Below are positions 1 through 9,381 of a stretch of 64,000 nucleotides of DNA, piece by piece; the first letter of the stretch is position 1, and every line of letters begins with the position of its first letter. The position numbers and the translations under genes are program-made. The notes under the pieces are model-generated. The model ran no database searches and was not told the origin of the DNA. It saw only the letters and a list, made by a program, of their open reading frames with translations. The stretch lies in assembly GCA_963745025.1 (NCBI GenBank), contig CAVUWD010000016.1:1024001-1088000 (forward strand). The letters are read 5' to 3'. This DNA is from an uncultured delta proteobacterium (lineage in GTDB: Bacteria > Desulfobacterota > Binatia > JACPRU01).

Positions 1-797
1 GTTCAACACGCTCGGCGCCATGATCCCGATCCTCATGAAACAGCCGCCCAAGCCGAACGATCGCGACAATCCCGTGCGGGTCGTGCGTCTCGGCCGCGTG
101 CCCCGCCAACGTCTGGCGCGAGTTCGAGCAGCGATTCGACGTCCGCCTCATCGAGTTCTACGGCATGGTCGACTCACCGGGATTCCTGATGAACGACGTC
201 GGAAAGGTCGGCGCGATGGGCAAGCCGCTGGGCGGCGTCGAGTTTCGCGTCGTCGACGACCACGACCAGCCGCTACCCCCAGGAAAGATCGGCGAGCTCG
301 TCTTTCGCCACCCCAGGGGTCCGCTGACGCTGTATTACAAGCTGCCGGAGGCGACCGCGGAAGCGTACCGCGGCGGCTGGTTCCATTCGGGGGACCTCGC
401 CGAGTGCGACGCGGAGGGTTTCTACTATTTCCGCGGACGGAAGAAGGCCTCGATGCGCAGGCGCGGCGAGAACATCTCCGCCTGGGAGATCGAGTCGGTG
501 CTGAACGAGCATCCGTCCGTGCTCGAGTCCGCGGCGTATGCCGTACCCTCCGACCTCGGCGAGGACGAGGTCATGGTGGCCGTCGTCCTGCGACCAGGGG
601 AGTCTCTCTCCCCGAGTGGGCTGCTGGATTTTTGCCGGGGTAGGATGGCGCATTACGCGATCCCGCGCTACGTTGACTTCGTGGAGGAGATCCCGAAGAC
701 CGGAACCCACCGGGTGCAGTACGGGGTGCTGCGCGAGCGCGGTATCTCGGCGACCGCGTGGGATCGAGAGAAGGCCGGGTATCAGGTGAAAAAATGA
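1..797 (+). CDS. ATP-dependent acyl-CoA ligase (CaiC-like), 5'-truncated by window edge, frameshift near 86
   Basis: ANL motifs IEFYG, WFHSGD, RRRGENIS, IPKTGT. The upstream frame (FNTLGAMIPILMKQ...PVRVV) joins the downstream frame (VSAACPANVWREFEQRF) if one base is removed near 86. Confidence 0.85.
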
Positions 798-798
798 C

Positions 799-866
799 GG
801 CTACCGACTACAGACTACCGGGAAAAACATCGCGAAGTCTTTTCCTGTAACTTGTAGCCCTTAGCC
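799..866. repeat. Heptamer-armed palindromic element, copy 1
   Basis: ggctacc-gactaca-gactacc arm, core ggaaaaacatcgcgaagtcttttcc, then complementary gtaactt-gtagccc-ttagcc arm. Confidence 0.8.
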
Positions 867-887
867 AAGATTCGAAAGGAGCCAATC

Positions 888-2117
888 ATGGCAGACAACG
901 TCGTAGTCGCAGGCGTCGGCATGACGCGATTCGGAAAATTCCTCGAGCGCGGGGTGCGCTCGCTCGCGGAGGAGGCGGTCAGCGGTGCGCTGAAGGATGC
1001 CGGCCTCGAGGCCAAGGACGTCCAGACTGCGTACTTCGCCAATGCCGTATCGGGTCTGATGACCGGCCAGGAGATGATCCGTGGCCAGGTGGCGCTGCGG
1101 AACACCGGACTGCTCGGCATCCCGATCTTCAACGTCGAGAATGCCTGCGCCTCGGCGGCTTCCGCGTTCCATCTCGCGTGGCTGGCCGTCGCCTCGGGAC
1201 AGTACGACGTCGCTCTCGCCGTGGGTGCGGAGAAGCTCTCCCACGAGGACAAGACGCGCGCGTTTCGCGCGATCGGCACCGCCGTCGACCTCGAGTCGCT
1301 GCAGGAGCTCAAGAAAAGGATGGCGGAAACCCAATCCAAAGGGGCGGGTCCCGAGGACGAGAAGGCCGGTCAGAACCGCTCGTTCTTCATGGACGTCTAC
1401 GCGTCGATGACGCGCGAGTACATGAAGCAGAGCGGCGCCACGGCCGCGGACTTCGCCGACGTCGCGGTCAAGAACCACGACCACGGCGCGCTGAATCCTC
1501 GGGCCCAGTACCGCAACCACTGCACTCGCGAAGAGGTGCTCGCCTCGCGAGAGATCTCTGCGCCGCTCACCTTGATGATGTGCTCGCCGATCGGCGACGG
1601 CGCGGCCGCCGCGATCCTCTGCTCGGACAAAATCGCGAGCCGTCTGGGGGTCCGCAAGCCGATCGCCGTGCGGGCATCGGTGCTGTTATCGGGGCGCGAC
1701 CGCAAGGCGGACGAGCCGGGCGCCACCGAGCGTGCGGCGAAGCGCGCCTACGAGATCGCCGCGATCGGCCCCGAAGACATCAATGTGATCGAAGTGCACG
1801 ACGCCGCCGCTCCGGCCGAGCTGATGGTCTACGAGGACATGGGATTCTGCAAGAGCGGTGAAGGACCCGCCCTGCTTCGCACCGGTCAGACCAAGCTCGG
1901 CGGCAAGCACGTGGTCAATCCGAGCGGCGGCCTGCTCGCCAAGGGCCACCCGATCGGCGCCACGGGCATCGCTCAGATCTTCGAGATCTGCGAGCAGCTG
2001 CGCGGCAACGCGGGCGAGCGCCAAGTGTCGGGCGCCCGCGTCGGCATGACCGAGAACGGCGGAGGCTTCCTCGGCCGCGACGCCGCGGCCATGTCGGTTC
2101 ACATCTTCCAGAGCTAG
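888..2117 (+). CDS. Thiolase family protein (SCP-x/lipid-transfer type)
   Basis: NVENACASA, CSPIGDGAAA, EVHDA, NPSGGLLAKGHPIGATG; RBS aaggag upstream. Confidence 0.92.
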   Translation: MADNVVVAGVGMTRFGKFLERGVRSLAEEAVSGALKDAGLEAKDVQTAYFANAVSGLMTGQEMIRGQVALRNTGLLGIPIFNVENACASAASAFHLAWLAVASGQYDVALAVGAEKLSHEDKTRAFRAIGTAVDLESLQELKKRMAETQSKGAGPEDEKAGQNRSFFMDVYASMTREYMKQSGATAADFADVAVKNHDHGALNPRAQYRNHCTREEVLASREISAPLTLMMCSPIGDGAAAAILCSDKIASRLGVRKPIAVRASVLLSGRDRKADEPGATERAAKRAYEIAAIGPEDINVIEVHDAAAPAELMVYEDMGFCKSGEGPALLRTGQTKLGGKHVVNPSGGLLAKGHPIGATGIAQIFEICEQLRGNAGERQVSGARVGMTENGGGFLGRDAAAMSVHIFQS

Positions 2118-2133
2118 CACAGGGCGAGAACGT

Positions 2134-2254
2134 GCGGGGCGCCAGCGCGAGGCGCCCCGCCCCGTTCGCGATGAGGATTCTCAACCTCCCCCTCATCGCG
2201 CGATCGGGGACGGGATAGGCTCGCCGCGTCGTCGCAGACGCCGCCGTGAGCCTA
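2134..2254. other. Three consecutive stem-loops between convergent genes
   Basis: gcggggcgcc/ggcgccccgc (2134-2160), cgcgatgagg/cctcatcgcg (2167-2200), taggctc...gagccta (2216-2254). Confidence 0.55.
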
Positions 2255-3196
2255 CCCCGAAATGAGCTTCGCCAGCGCGCGTGCCAGAGCCGCGGGCTCG
2301 AGCAGGTCCGCGAGGACCGGTTCGATCCCGAGTCGTCGGATCGCGTCGGCATCGGCGCGATCCGAGCGGTCCAACAGGAACCGATCGACCAGGGATGCAT
2401 ATCGCGCGGCGATCGCCGCGGGCCGATCCTGGGCGCCCTCGGCCTCGAGCACGCGCCGGCGGGCGCGCGCGTGCTGTGCGATGTTCGCGCTTCGGCCCCG
2501 CCGCCGCACGACGACCGGCGAAACCGCCATGCGCCGGGGCACCGCGCGCACCGCGGACTTCATGCCGGGTAGCGCGAGGATCGCACCGATCGACGTGATC
2601 GGGTTACTCGGTCCGAGCACGACGGCGTCGGCGTCGGCCAACACGTCGAGCGCCGCAGGCGACGCTGGAGCGCGCGACAAGATCGTCCGACGCAGGCGCG
2701 GCCGGGCACGCTCTCTCACGTACCATTCCTGAAAATCGAGCGTGCGGCGATCGCAAAGAACGAATCGAGTCGCCGCCGTCGCGTCGGCCGCGGGCACGAC
2801 CGTCACCCCTCGCACGCCGACCTTGGAGGACAGTTCGCGGGTTACGTCGGTGAGCCTCCTTCCCGAGCGCAGGAGCCGAGTCCGTTCGAGGTGCATCGCC
2901 AGATCCTGGTCACCGATCCCGAACCAGCTCTGGGTGCGGAGCGATCCCAAGCATTCGCAAACCCGGAACGTTTCCCCACGGCGTCCCCATCCGCGCTTCC
3001 CGTCCCACACGCCGGCAAGCGCGTAGAGGATCGAGTCGACGTCCGGGCATACGCGCAGCCCCATCCACTCCAGGTCGTCGCCGACGTTGGCGATGACCGC
3101 GAGCCGTCCGGGGCCGAGCACCCGCCCGAGCTCCGGAGCCAGCCGCGCCCCACCGAGCCCCCCGGAGAGAAGAACGACCTTCATCTGGCTCCGCAC
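2252..3196 (-). CDS. cofD: 2-phospho-L-lactate transferase (F420 biosynthesis)
   Basis: GGLGGARL, NVGDD, CPDVDS, GDQDLA, FQEWY and GPSNP motifs. Start may be the MKVVLL Met. Confidence 0.88.
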   Translation of the reverse strand: MRSQMKVVLLSGGLGGARLAPELGRVLGPGRLAVIANVGDDLEWMGLRVCPDVDSILYALAGVWDGKRGWGRRGETFRVCECLGSLRTQSWFGIGDQDLAMHLERTRLLRSGRRLTDVTRELSSKVGVRGVTVVPAADATAATRFVLCDRRTLDFQEWYVRERARPRLRRTILSRAPASPAALDVLADADAVVLGPSNPITSIGAILALPGMKSAVRAVPRRMAVSPVVVRRRGRSANIAQHARARRRVLEAEGAQDRPAAIAARYASLVDRFLLDRSDRADADAIRRLGIEPVLADLLEPAALARALAKLISG

Positions 3197-3265
3197 CTAA
3201 CAAAAAGAACGGCGGGAAGCATCTCCGGTCGCCCCGTGCGCTCGAAGGCTCGCGCCTCGATCAGA

Positions 3266-3361
3266 GCCGATCACCTCGCCCCACACGATCTGCCAGCGGC
3301 CGATTCGGAAGCTCATCAGCGCCGCGGAGAGATCGAGGTCGACGAACAGCTCGTGTATCTC
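3266..3361 (-). pseudogene. Probable fragment of a DUF1302-type outer-membrane protein gene
   Basis: ELFVDLDL...SFRIGRWQIVWGE resembles the recalled DUF1302 segment (LRxGRQQIVWGE). It lies just downstream of a YCF48 gene, a usual neighbour. Confidence 0.45.
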
Positions 3362-3542
3362 TGCGGAACGTCGTTGAACGAGATGAATCTGTTCGTCCCG
3401 TCCCGGATGCGAAACAGGTTCTGCGTCTGCGGGGCGTCCGGGGTGTTGCGATTTCGGACCTCTCACGGGAGGGAGGGACCGTGGACGCCGGGCTGAAAAT
3501 TTTGCGAGTCAGATGTGCGAGGCTTCTGACGAGCTTGGACGC

Positions 3543-4598
3543 TCAGCCGAGGCAGAGCTTCCACGTCTTCCCGCCGTCGGTCGTACGCAGAATATAACCG
3601 TAGCCGCCCACCAGCCAGCCGTTCTGAGCATCGGCGAAGTCCACCGAACGCAGCCAAGTGTAGATCGGCATGCCGAGATCGGCGCGGGTCCATTCGGCCT
3701 GACCCGGCGGCAGATGAAGCACCTCTCCTGCCGCCCCGACCGCCCACGCAGTGCCGTCGGCGGTCACGTAGGGTTGGTAGAGCGGATCGCGGATCGGGAA
3801 CGCGAGCTTCATGGGCTCGAACCGCCACGTCGCGCCGCTGTCCCTGGTCCGCACGATCTTTCCGTCGAGACCAGCCGCGAGACCTTCCTGGTCGCTGATC
3901 ATGAACTCGCCGAAGAAAGTCGGCAGATCCATCACGTCGACGACGCCGGACTCGGGCGTCATCAGCGAGTTTTGATGCGGTATCCAGTTCTGCCCTCCGT
4001 CGGTGCTCTTCAGGAGTTGCCCGAACTCACCCGCGATCCATCCCGTCTGCTCGTTCGTGAAGCGGATGTCGTAGAAGATCGGATCCTGCATGGCGAGCGC
4101 CGTATCGGTGTCGGTCGCTTCGGTCGCGCGCGTCACCTCCCGAGCCTTCCAGGTCTTGCCGCCGTCGGTCGTCTCGGTCACCGTCGACCTGTCGCCCACG
4201 GCGAATCCGTGATTGTCGTTGATGAAGAAGATCGAGAAGAGATAGGCCTTCGTGCCGCTCTCCTGCTTCTGCCACGTCTTGCCGCCGTCCGCGGAATGTA
4301 AGATCAGTCCCTGCTGACCCGCGATCCACAGCTGGTTGCCGCGCACGAAGATCTTGTAGAGCGCGAGATCGGTGCCGCTATCGATCCTGTTGAAGGTCGC
4401 GCCGCCATCTGTCGTCTCGAGCATCTTGCCGCCGTAGCCGACGATCAGCGCGCGGTCCGACGAAAGCGCCTTCACGTCGTAGAACTTGTCGGAGAAGTAG
4501 ATCTTTTGATCGCTGAGTGGGACGTTCTCCGTCTCCGAATGGCAAGCCCCCAGCATGGCGCTCAGCCCGAGCGCGGCCAAGGAAATCCGAAGGTGCAT
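3543..4598 (-). CDS. YCF48-related BNR-repeat beta-propeller lipoprotein
   Basis: Lipobox LGAC; repeated (S/T)xDGGxxW BNR motifs. Confidence 0.88.
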   Translation of the reverse strand: MHLRISLAALGLSAMLGACHSETENVPLSDQKIYFSDKFYDVKALSSDRALIVGYGGKMLETTDGGATFNRIDSGTDLALYKIFVRGNQLWIAGQQGLILHSADGGKTWQKQESGTKAYLFSIFFINDNHGFAVGDRSTVTETTDGGKTWKAREVTRATEATDTDTALAMQDPIFYDIRFTNEQTGWIAGEFGQLLKSTDGGQNWIPHQNSLMTPESGVVDVMDLPTFFGEFMISDQEGLAAGLDGKIVRTRDSGATWRFEPMKLAFPIRDPLYQPYVTADGTAWAVGAAGEVLHLPPGQAEWTRADLGMPIYTWLRSVDFADAQNGWLVGGYGYILRTTDGGKTWKLCLG

Positions 4599-4789
4599 GC
4601 GGGGTCCTCCTTACGAATCAGGAGAAGCGGATTCGCTCATTTTATTGAAGATTTCGCTCCCCCCTAACAAACCGCCCTTCCGAGTGTCAAGGAATTCCAG
4701 CAGTTACGGTGGGGACGTTTCACCGCTTTCGCAGCCCTTGACGAATACGTCGGACGCAAGACTCCCAAAGCCGTGAAACTTCCTTTTCA

Positions 4790-5263
4790 CTACTTCTTGG
4801 GAAACCACTTGGCCATGTCGGCGGGCTCGATGACCTCCTCCTGCCGGTCGACCTTCCAGCCCCCGTCCTCCTTCACCAGCGTGTAGAGCTCGTACTCCTC
4901 CACGCCGAGCTGGTTTAAGAACTTGTCTTGAGAGGAGAGAATGTTCGGCACCAGCGCTTTGTCGCCTTCTTGTTTCCCGGGCAGGACCTTGAAGTCGAAG
5001 ATCTTCGCCTCCGAGAAGGCGAAGATGTACTGCGACTCTTTCACCCATACCTCCTTCGACTTCACCTGTCCGCTCTTGCGGTCGGTCTTCATGGCCTTGG
5101 AAACGACGTCGTACGCCTTGTCGAACTGCTGATTCTGGAGCGCATTCAGATAGCGCTTCAGGATCTCCTCGGGGGAGGGCTCTTCGGCTCGGCCGAGCCC
5201 CACGCTGAACGCTACGATGAGCGCGATCCCGAGCAACGAGATCCGCAAACACGGCGTCACCAT
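4790..5263 (-). CDS. Hypothetical exported protein (possibly NTF2-like)
   Basis: Signal peptide; SPEEILKRYLNAL...YTLVKEDGGWKVD pattern; RBS ggagg. Confidence 0.7.
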   Translation of the reverse strand: MVTPCLRISLLGIALIVAFSVGLGRAEEPSPEEILKRYLNALQNQQFDKAYDVVSKAMKTDRKSGQVKSKEVWVKESQYIFAFSEAKIFDFKVLPGKQEGDKALVPNILSSQDKFLNQLGVEEYELYTLVKEDGGWKVDRQEEVIEPADMAKWFPKK

Positions 5264-5620
5264 AGCGCACCTCCAGACCTGCGGTTCTGCTTAGAGGAAG
5301 ATCGCCGCGTTTACAAACTGACAATCCTGAAGACGGCGGCTGCCGCTGCGAGCTGGGAGGCTCCGTCACCGATCGCTGCCGCTGGCCGCGATCCCGGCTC
5401 CGGCCGAGCAGCGCAGACTCGCCCGCGGTTCTGTACCCGGGCACCGGCCGTCGACGCCGCCCTTCGATTCGCTACGCTACGCACGCGGCGCCCGCCAAGC
5501 CGGCGCGCCGGTTGCGCAGTGGGAATCGCCGCCGACGTCCAGCGCCGCCCCCCTTCCTATCCGCGGCCGGCGACGGTAGAAGTTGCGGTTGTGTCCCTCG
5601 CGGAAAAGGAGGACTCCGTC

Positions 5621-7110
5621 ATGTCACAGTATGCGCGTACGAGCGCCTGAGCTTCCTCGACAACTCCTTCCTCATCATGGAAGGTCCGACTACGCCGATG
5701 CACGTGGCGGGAACGGCGACATACGAAGTCGGCTCGTTGCGCACACCGGAAGGTGGCATCGACATCGATCGCATCCGCGGCTACGTGAACTCGCGGCTCC
5801 ACTTGATCCCGCGCTACCGCCAGCGCCTGGCGTTCATCCCGCTCGAGAACCATCCCGTGTGGATCGACGATGCCTACTTCAACATCCATTACCACGTCCG
5901 ACACGCGGCGCTGCCGCGGCCAGGGGACGAGCGCCAGCTGAAACGCCTCGCTGCGCGCATCATGGCGCAGCACCTCGATCGCTCGAAGCCGCTCTGGGAG
6001 ATGTGGGTCGTGGAGGGCCTCGAGGGTGGCGACAACTTTGCGGTGATCTCCAAGATCCATCACTGCATGATCGACGGGATGTCGAGCGTGGATCTGCTGA
6101 ACGTGCTCTTGCGGCCCGATCCCGTCGACTCCTTCGAGCCGGCGCCCGATTGGCTTCCGCGACCCGAACCCACATCGTTCGACCTGCTGCGCGACGCCGC
6201 TTACCGCTACGCCGCCCTCCCCTTCGAGCTCGGTCGAAACCTGCAGGACGTCGTGCGTCAGGCGCGCGACCCACGCTCGGACCTGCGCGCTCGGCTTCGC
6301 GCGGTGCGCGACACGCTCGGTACGAGCCTCCGGCGTCCCTCGTCGACGCCACTCAACCAGCCGATCGGTCCGCACCGCCGTTTCGATTGGCTGGCGATGG
6401 ACCTCGCTCGCGTGAAGGAAGTCAAGAACGTCGTCGGGGGCACTTTGAACGACGTCGTTCTGGCCACGGTCGCCGGCGCCGTCCGCCGCTTTCTCAAGCG
6501 TCGTCGAGTTCGTCCCGAACACCTCGATTTCCGCGTCATGGCGCCGGTCAGCGTCCGCGCCGCGGAAGAGCGTGGCAGGCTCGGCAACCGCGTCTCCGCA
6601 TGGATGGTGCCGATGCCGCTCGACGAACGTGACCCTCGCCGGCGGCTCGAACGCATTCGCGAAACCACCACCGCGCTCAAGGACTCGAAGCAGGCGCTCG
6701 GCGCGGAGGTCTTGACGGCGGTCGGTGAATGGACACCCTCGACCCTGCTGTCACTCGGAGCCCAGCTGGCCACGCGGCGTCTGCCGTTCAATCTCGTCGT
6801 CACCAACGTGCCAGGCCCGCAGGTACCCCTCTACCTGCTCGGCGCGCGCATGCTCGACAACTACGGTCTGGTGCCGCTGACGGACAATCTCTGCCTCGGC
6901 ATCGTGCTGTTCAGCTATGCGGGCAAGCTTTGCTGGGGATTCACCGCCGACTGGGATCTCATTCCCGATCTCCACGACTTCGTCCTGGACGTCGAGCGCT
7001 CGTTTCGTGAGCTCGCGGAGCTCACTCCGCTCGAAGTCTCCGCCGAGCCTACGAACGGAAAGCGTCGCCAGCGAGCCCACGCGCGCGAGGCCGCTTCCTC
7101 CCCCGCGTAG
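5621..7110 (+). CDS. Wax ester/triacylglycerol synthase (WS/DGAT), frameshift just after start
   Basis: ERLSFLD, HHCMIDG, GTLNDV, GNRVS, TNVPGP. RBS aaggagg precedes ATG 5621 (MSQYA), which is out of frame with YERLS because of a 2-base excess near 5636. Confidence 0.88.
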
Positions 7111-7268
7111 GAGAGCGGGAGTCCACCCGGGCGAGCCTCCAATGTGGCGCGTAGCGGGCCTTACCTCACTCAGACCCGCGCTGACGGAAAGAGAGCCGCG
7201 CGAAACGCAGAAGGGTCGATCCCCGCCTCGCCGCGGCTGCGAACTCGAGCCAGGTATCCGCATCCCAG

Positions 7269-7367
7269 CCATTCGATGCCGAGACCGGTGGCATCGACCA
7301 TCGTACGCGTGACGGGCGTCAGCTCCGGGCCGATGCCGTCGCCTGGAAGGAGCGCGATCCGGTACCG
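7269..7367 (-). pseudogene. N-terminal stub of isocitrate/isopropylmalate dehydrogenase family gene
   Basis: RYRIALLPGDGIGPEL...DATGLGIEW begins immediately after the topoisomerase B stop; similarity then ends. Confidence 0.7.
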
Positions 7368-7368
7368 C

Positions 7369-9288
7369 TCAGATATCGAGCTCGTCTACCCGGGGCGCTC
7401 GCTCCATGATGAGCTCGAAGCGCGGCTGCACGTCGCGGCCCATCAGGCGCTGGATCGTCTCGTCGGTCGCCGCGCGATCGGAAACCGTCACGCGCAGCAG
7501 TGTCCGCCGCTTCGGATCGAGCGTCGTCTGCTTGAGCGTCTGCGGATTCATCTCGCCGAGTCCCTTGAAACGCGTCACCGAGATCGACTTGCCGTCGGCT
7601 CGAGCGAGGAGCTTGTCCTTTTCCCCGTCGTCGAGCGCCCAGTGTGTCTCTCTTCCGATGTCCACGCGATAGAGCGGCGGCTGAGCGATGTAGACGTAGC
7701 CCGCCGTGATCAGCTCGGGCAGATGGCGGTAAAAGAACGTCAGCAGCAGCGTGCAGATGTGATTGCCGTCGGAGTCGGCGTCCATGAGGAGGCAGATCTT
7801 GCCGTAGCGGAGCTTGGCGACGTCGAACGTCTTGCCGGTCCCGCAGCCGAGCGCGGAGACCAGGTCCGAAAGCTCCTTGTTCGAGAGCACCTTCTCGGTC
7901 GATGCCTGCTCCGCATTCAACACCTTGCCGCGCAGCGGCAAGATCGCCTGGAAGGCGCGATCGCGCCCCTGCTTTGCCGATCCGCCCGCCGAGTCGCCCT
8001 CGACGATGAAGATCTCGCACTCGGTCGGGTCGGTCGACGAACAGTCGGCGAGCTTGCCGGGAAGATTCAGCCGATGCGACACCGCGCCCTTGCGAGCGAC
8101 CTGCTGCGCGGCGCGCGAGGCGCTGCGCGCCTTGGCGGCGAGCACGACGCGCGCCGCGATTGCATCGCCCACCGTGCGGTTGGCGAGCAGATAATTCTCG
8201 AGCGCGGTGCGCACCGCGCCGTCGACCACCGACTGCGTTTCGGGATTGTTCAGACGCTCCTTGGTCTGTCCCTGGAACTGCGGCGACGTCAAATAGCAGG
8301 AGAGGATCGCGACCATTCCCTCGCGCACGTCCTCCGGAGCGATCGTCAGGCCGCGCGGCACGAGGTTGTGGATCTCCAGATAGTTTCGCACGGCCTTGAC
8401 GACTGCCGATTTGAGCCCGTTCTCGTGCGTTCCCCCCGAGGTGGTCGGGATACTGTTCACGAACGAGAGAAACGTCTCGTCCGTGGCCTCGGTCCATGCC
8501 ATCACGCACTCGAGCTCGGGCAACCCTCTGCGCTCGGCCTCCTGCGTGCGCTCCGCGTAGAAGAGCTCGCCGCCGACGGGCTGCAGGCCCCGTTCGGCGA
8601 GCAGCTTGGCGAGGTAGGCGCGCACGCCCTCCTCGTAGTGATAGCTGTGGCTCTCGCCGTGGGCCTCGTCTTCGAAGACGACCGTCAGCCCGCGATGGAG
8701 GTACGCCTTGGCCTCGAGCCGCTCGGCGATCGTCTTGGCGTCGAACTGGACCTTCGGAAAGATTTCGCGGTCGGGGCGGAAGAAGATCGTCGTGCCGCTG
8801 CCGCGTGCCGCCCCGAGACGGCGGAGCTTGGTCTTGGCCTTGCCGCGCGAGAACGCCTGCTGCCATTCGCCACCGTCCCGCTTGACCGTGGCGATCATCT
8901 CCTCGGAGAGCGCCGTGACGACCGATGCACCGACGCCGTGGAGGCCGCCCGAGTGGAGGTAGCTCTTGGCCTCGAATTTGCCGCCGGCGTGGAGCGTCGT
9001 CAGGATCAGCTCGAGCGCCGGCTTGCGGTATTTCTCGTGAACGTCGACGGGAATGCCGCGCCCGTTGTCCGCGACCGTAGCCGATCCGCCGTCTTTGTGA
9101 ATGGTCACGGTGATGCGATCGGCGTAGCCGTTGATCGCCTCGTCGACCGAGTTGTCGACGATCTCCCAGAGGAGATGATGAAGACCGGCCGAGTCGACGC
9201 CGCCGATGTACATCCCGGGGCGCTTGCGCACCGGCTCGAGACCTTCGAGGACCGTGATGTCGGCCGCGGTGTACTTGGATTTGGCCAT
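7369..9288 (-). CDS. Type IIA DNA topoisomerase subunit B (ParE/GyrB-like)
   Basis: [54 protein letters not shown]; 639 aa. Confidence 0.95.
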   Translation of the reverse strand: MAKSKYTAADITVLEGLEPVRKRPGMYIGGVDSAGLHHLLWEIVDNSVDEAINGYADRITVTIHKDGGSATVADNGRGIPVDVHEKYRKPALELILTTLHAGGKFEAKSYLHSGGLHGVGASVVTALSEEMIATVKRDGGEWQQAFSRGKAKTKLRRLGAARGSGTTIFFRPDREIFPKVQFDAKTIAERLEAKAYLHRGLTVVFEDEAHGESHSYHYEEGVRAYLAKLLAERGLQPVGGELFYAERTQEAERRGLPELECVMAWTEATDETFLSFVNSIPTTSGGTHENGLKSAVVKAVRNYLEIHNLVPRGLTIAPEDVREGMVAILSCYLTSPQFQGQTKERLNNPETQSVVDGAVRTALENYLLANRTVGDAIAARVVLAAKARSASRAAQQVARKGAVSHRLNLPGKLADCSSTDPTECEIFIVEGDSAGGSAKQGRDRAFQAILPLRGKVLNAEQASTEKVLSNKELSDLVSALGCGTGKTFDVAKLRYGKICLLMDADSDGNHICTLLLTFFYRHLPELITAGYVYIAQPPLYRVDIGRETHWALDDGEKDKLLARADGKSISVTRFKGLGEMNPQTLKQTTLDPKRRTLLRVTVSDRAATDETIQRLMGRDVQPRFELIMERAPRVDELDI

Positions 9289-9298
9289 CGTGGCTCTC

Positions 9299-9380
9299 GA
9301 CCACCGGCTACCGACTACCGCCTACCGCAGAAGACTTCGCGAAGTCTTTGCCGGTAGCCGGAAGCCGGTGGCCGGTGGTC
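9299..9380. repeat. Heptamer-armed palindromic element, copy 2 (best conserved)
   Basis: gaccacc-ggctacc-gactacc-gcctacc, then an 18-bp perfect palindrome aagacttcgcgaagtctt (9331-9348), then ggtagcc-ggaagcc-ggtggcc-ggtggtc. Confidence 0.9.
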
Positions 9381-9381
9381 A

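Noticed and set aside
5461-5485. ccttcgattcgctacgctacgc resembling half of a known REP-like motif
   Set aside because: Single partial copy with no complementary arm; insufficient support.
7144-9357. Long antisense or alternate-frame ORFs (e.g. 7144-9357, 13907-16333, 25981-28041, 52953-54686)
   Set aside because: Shadow ORFs opposite recognisable genes, expected from GC-rich codon bias; Arg/Ala-rich with no motifs.
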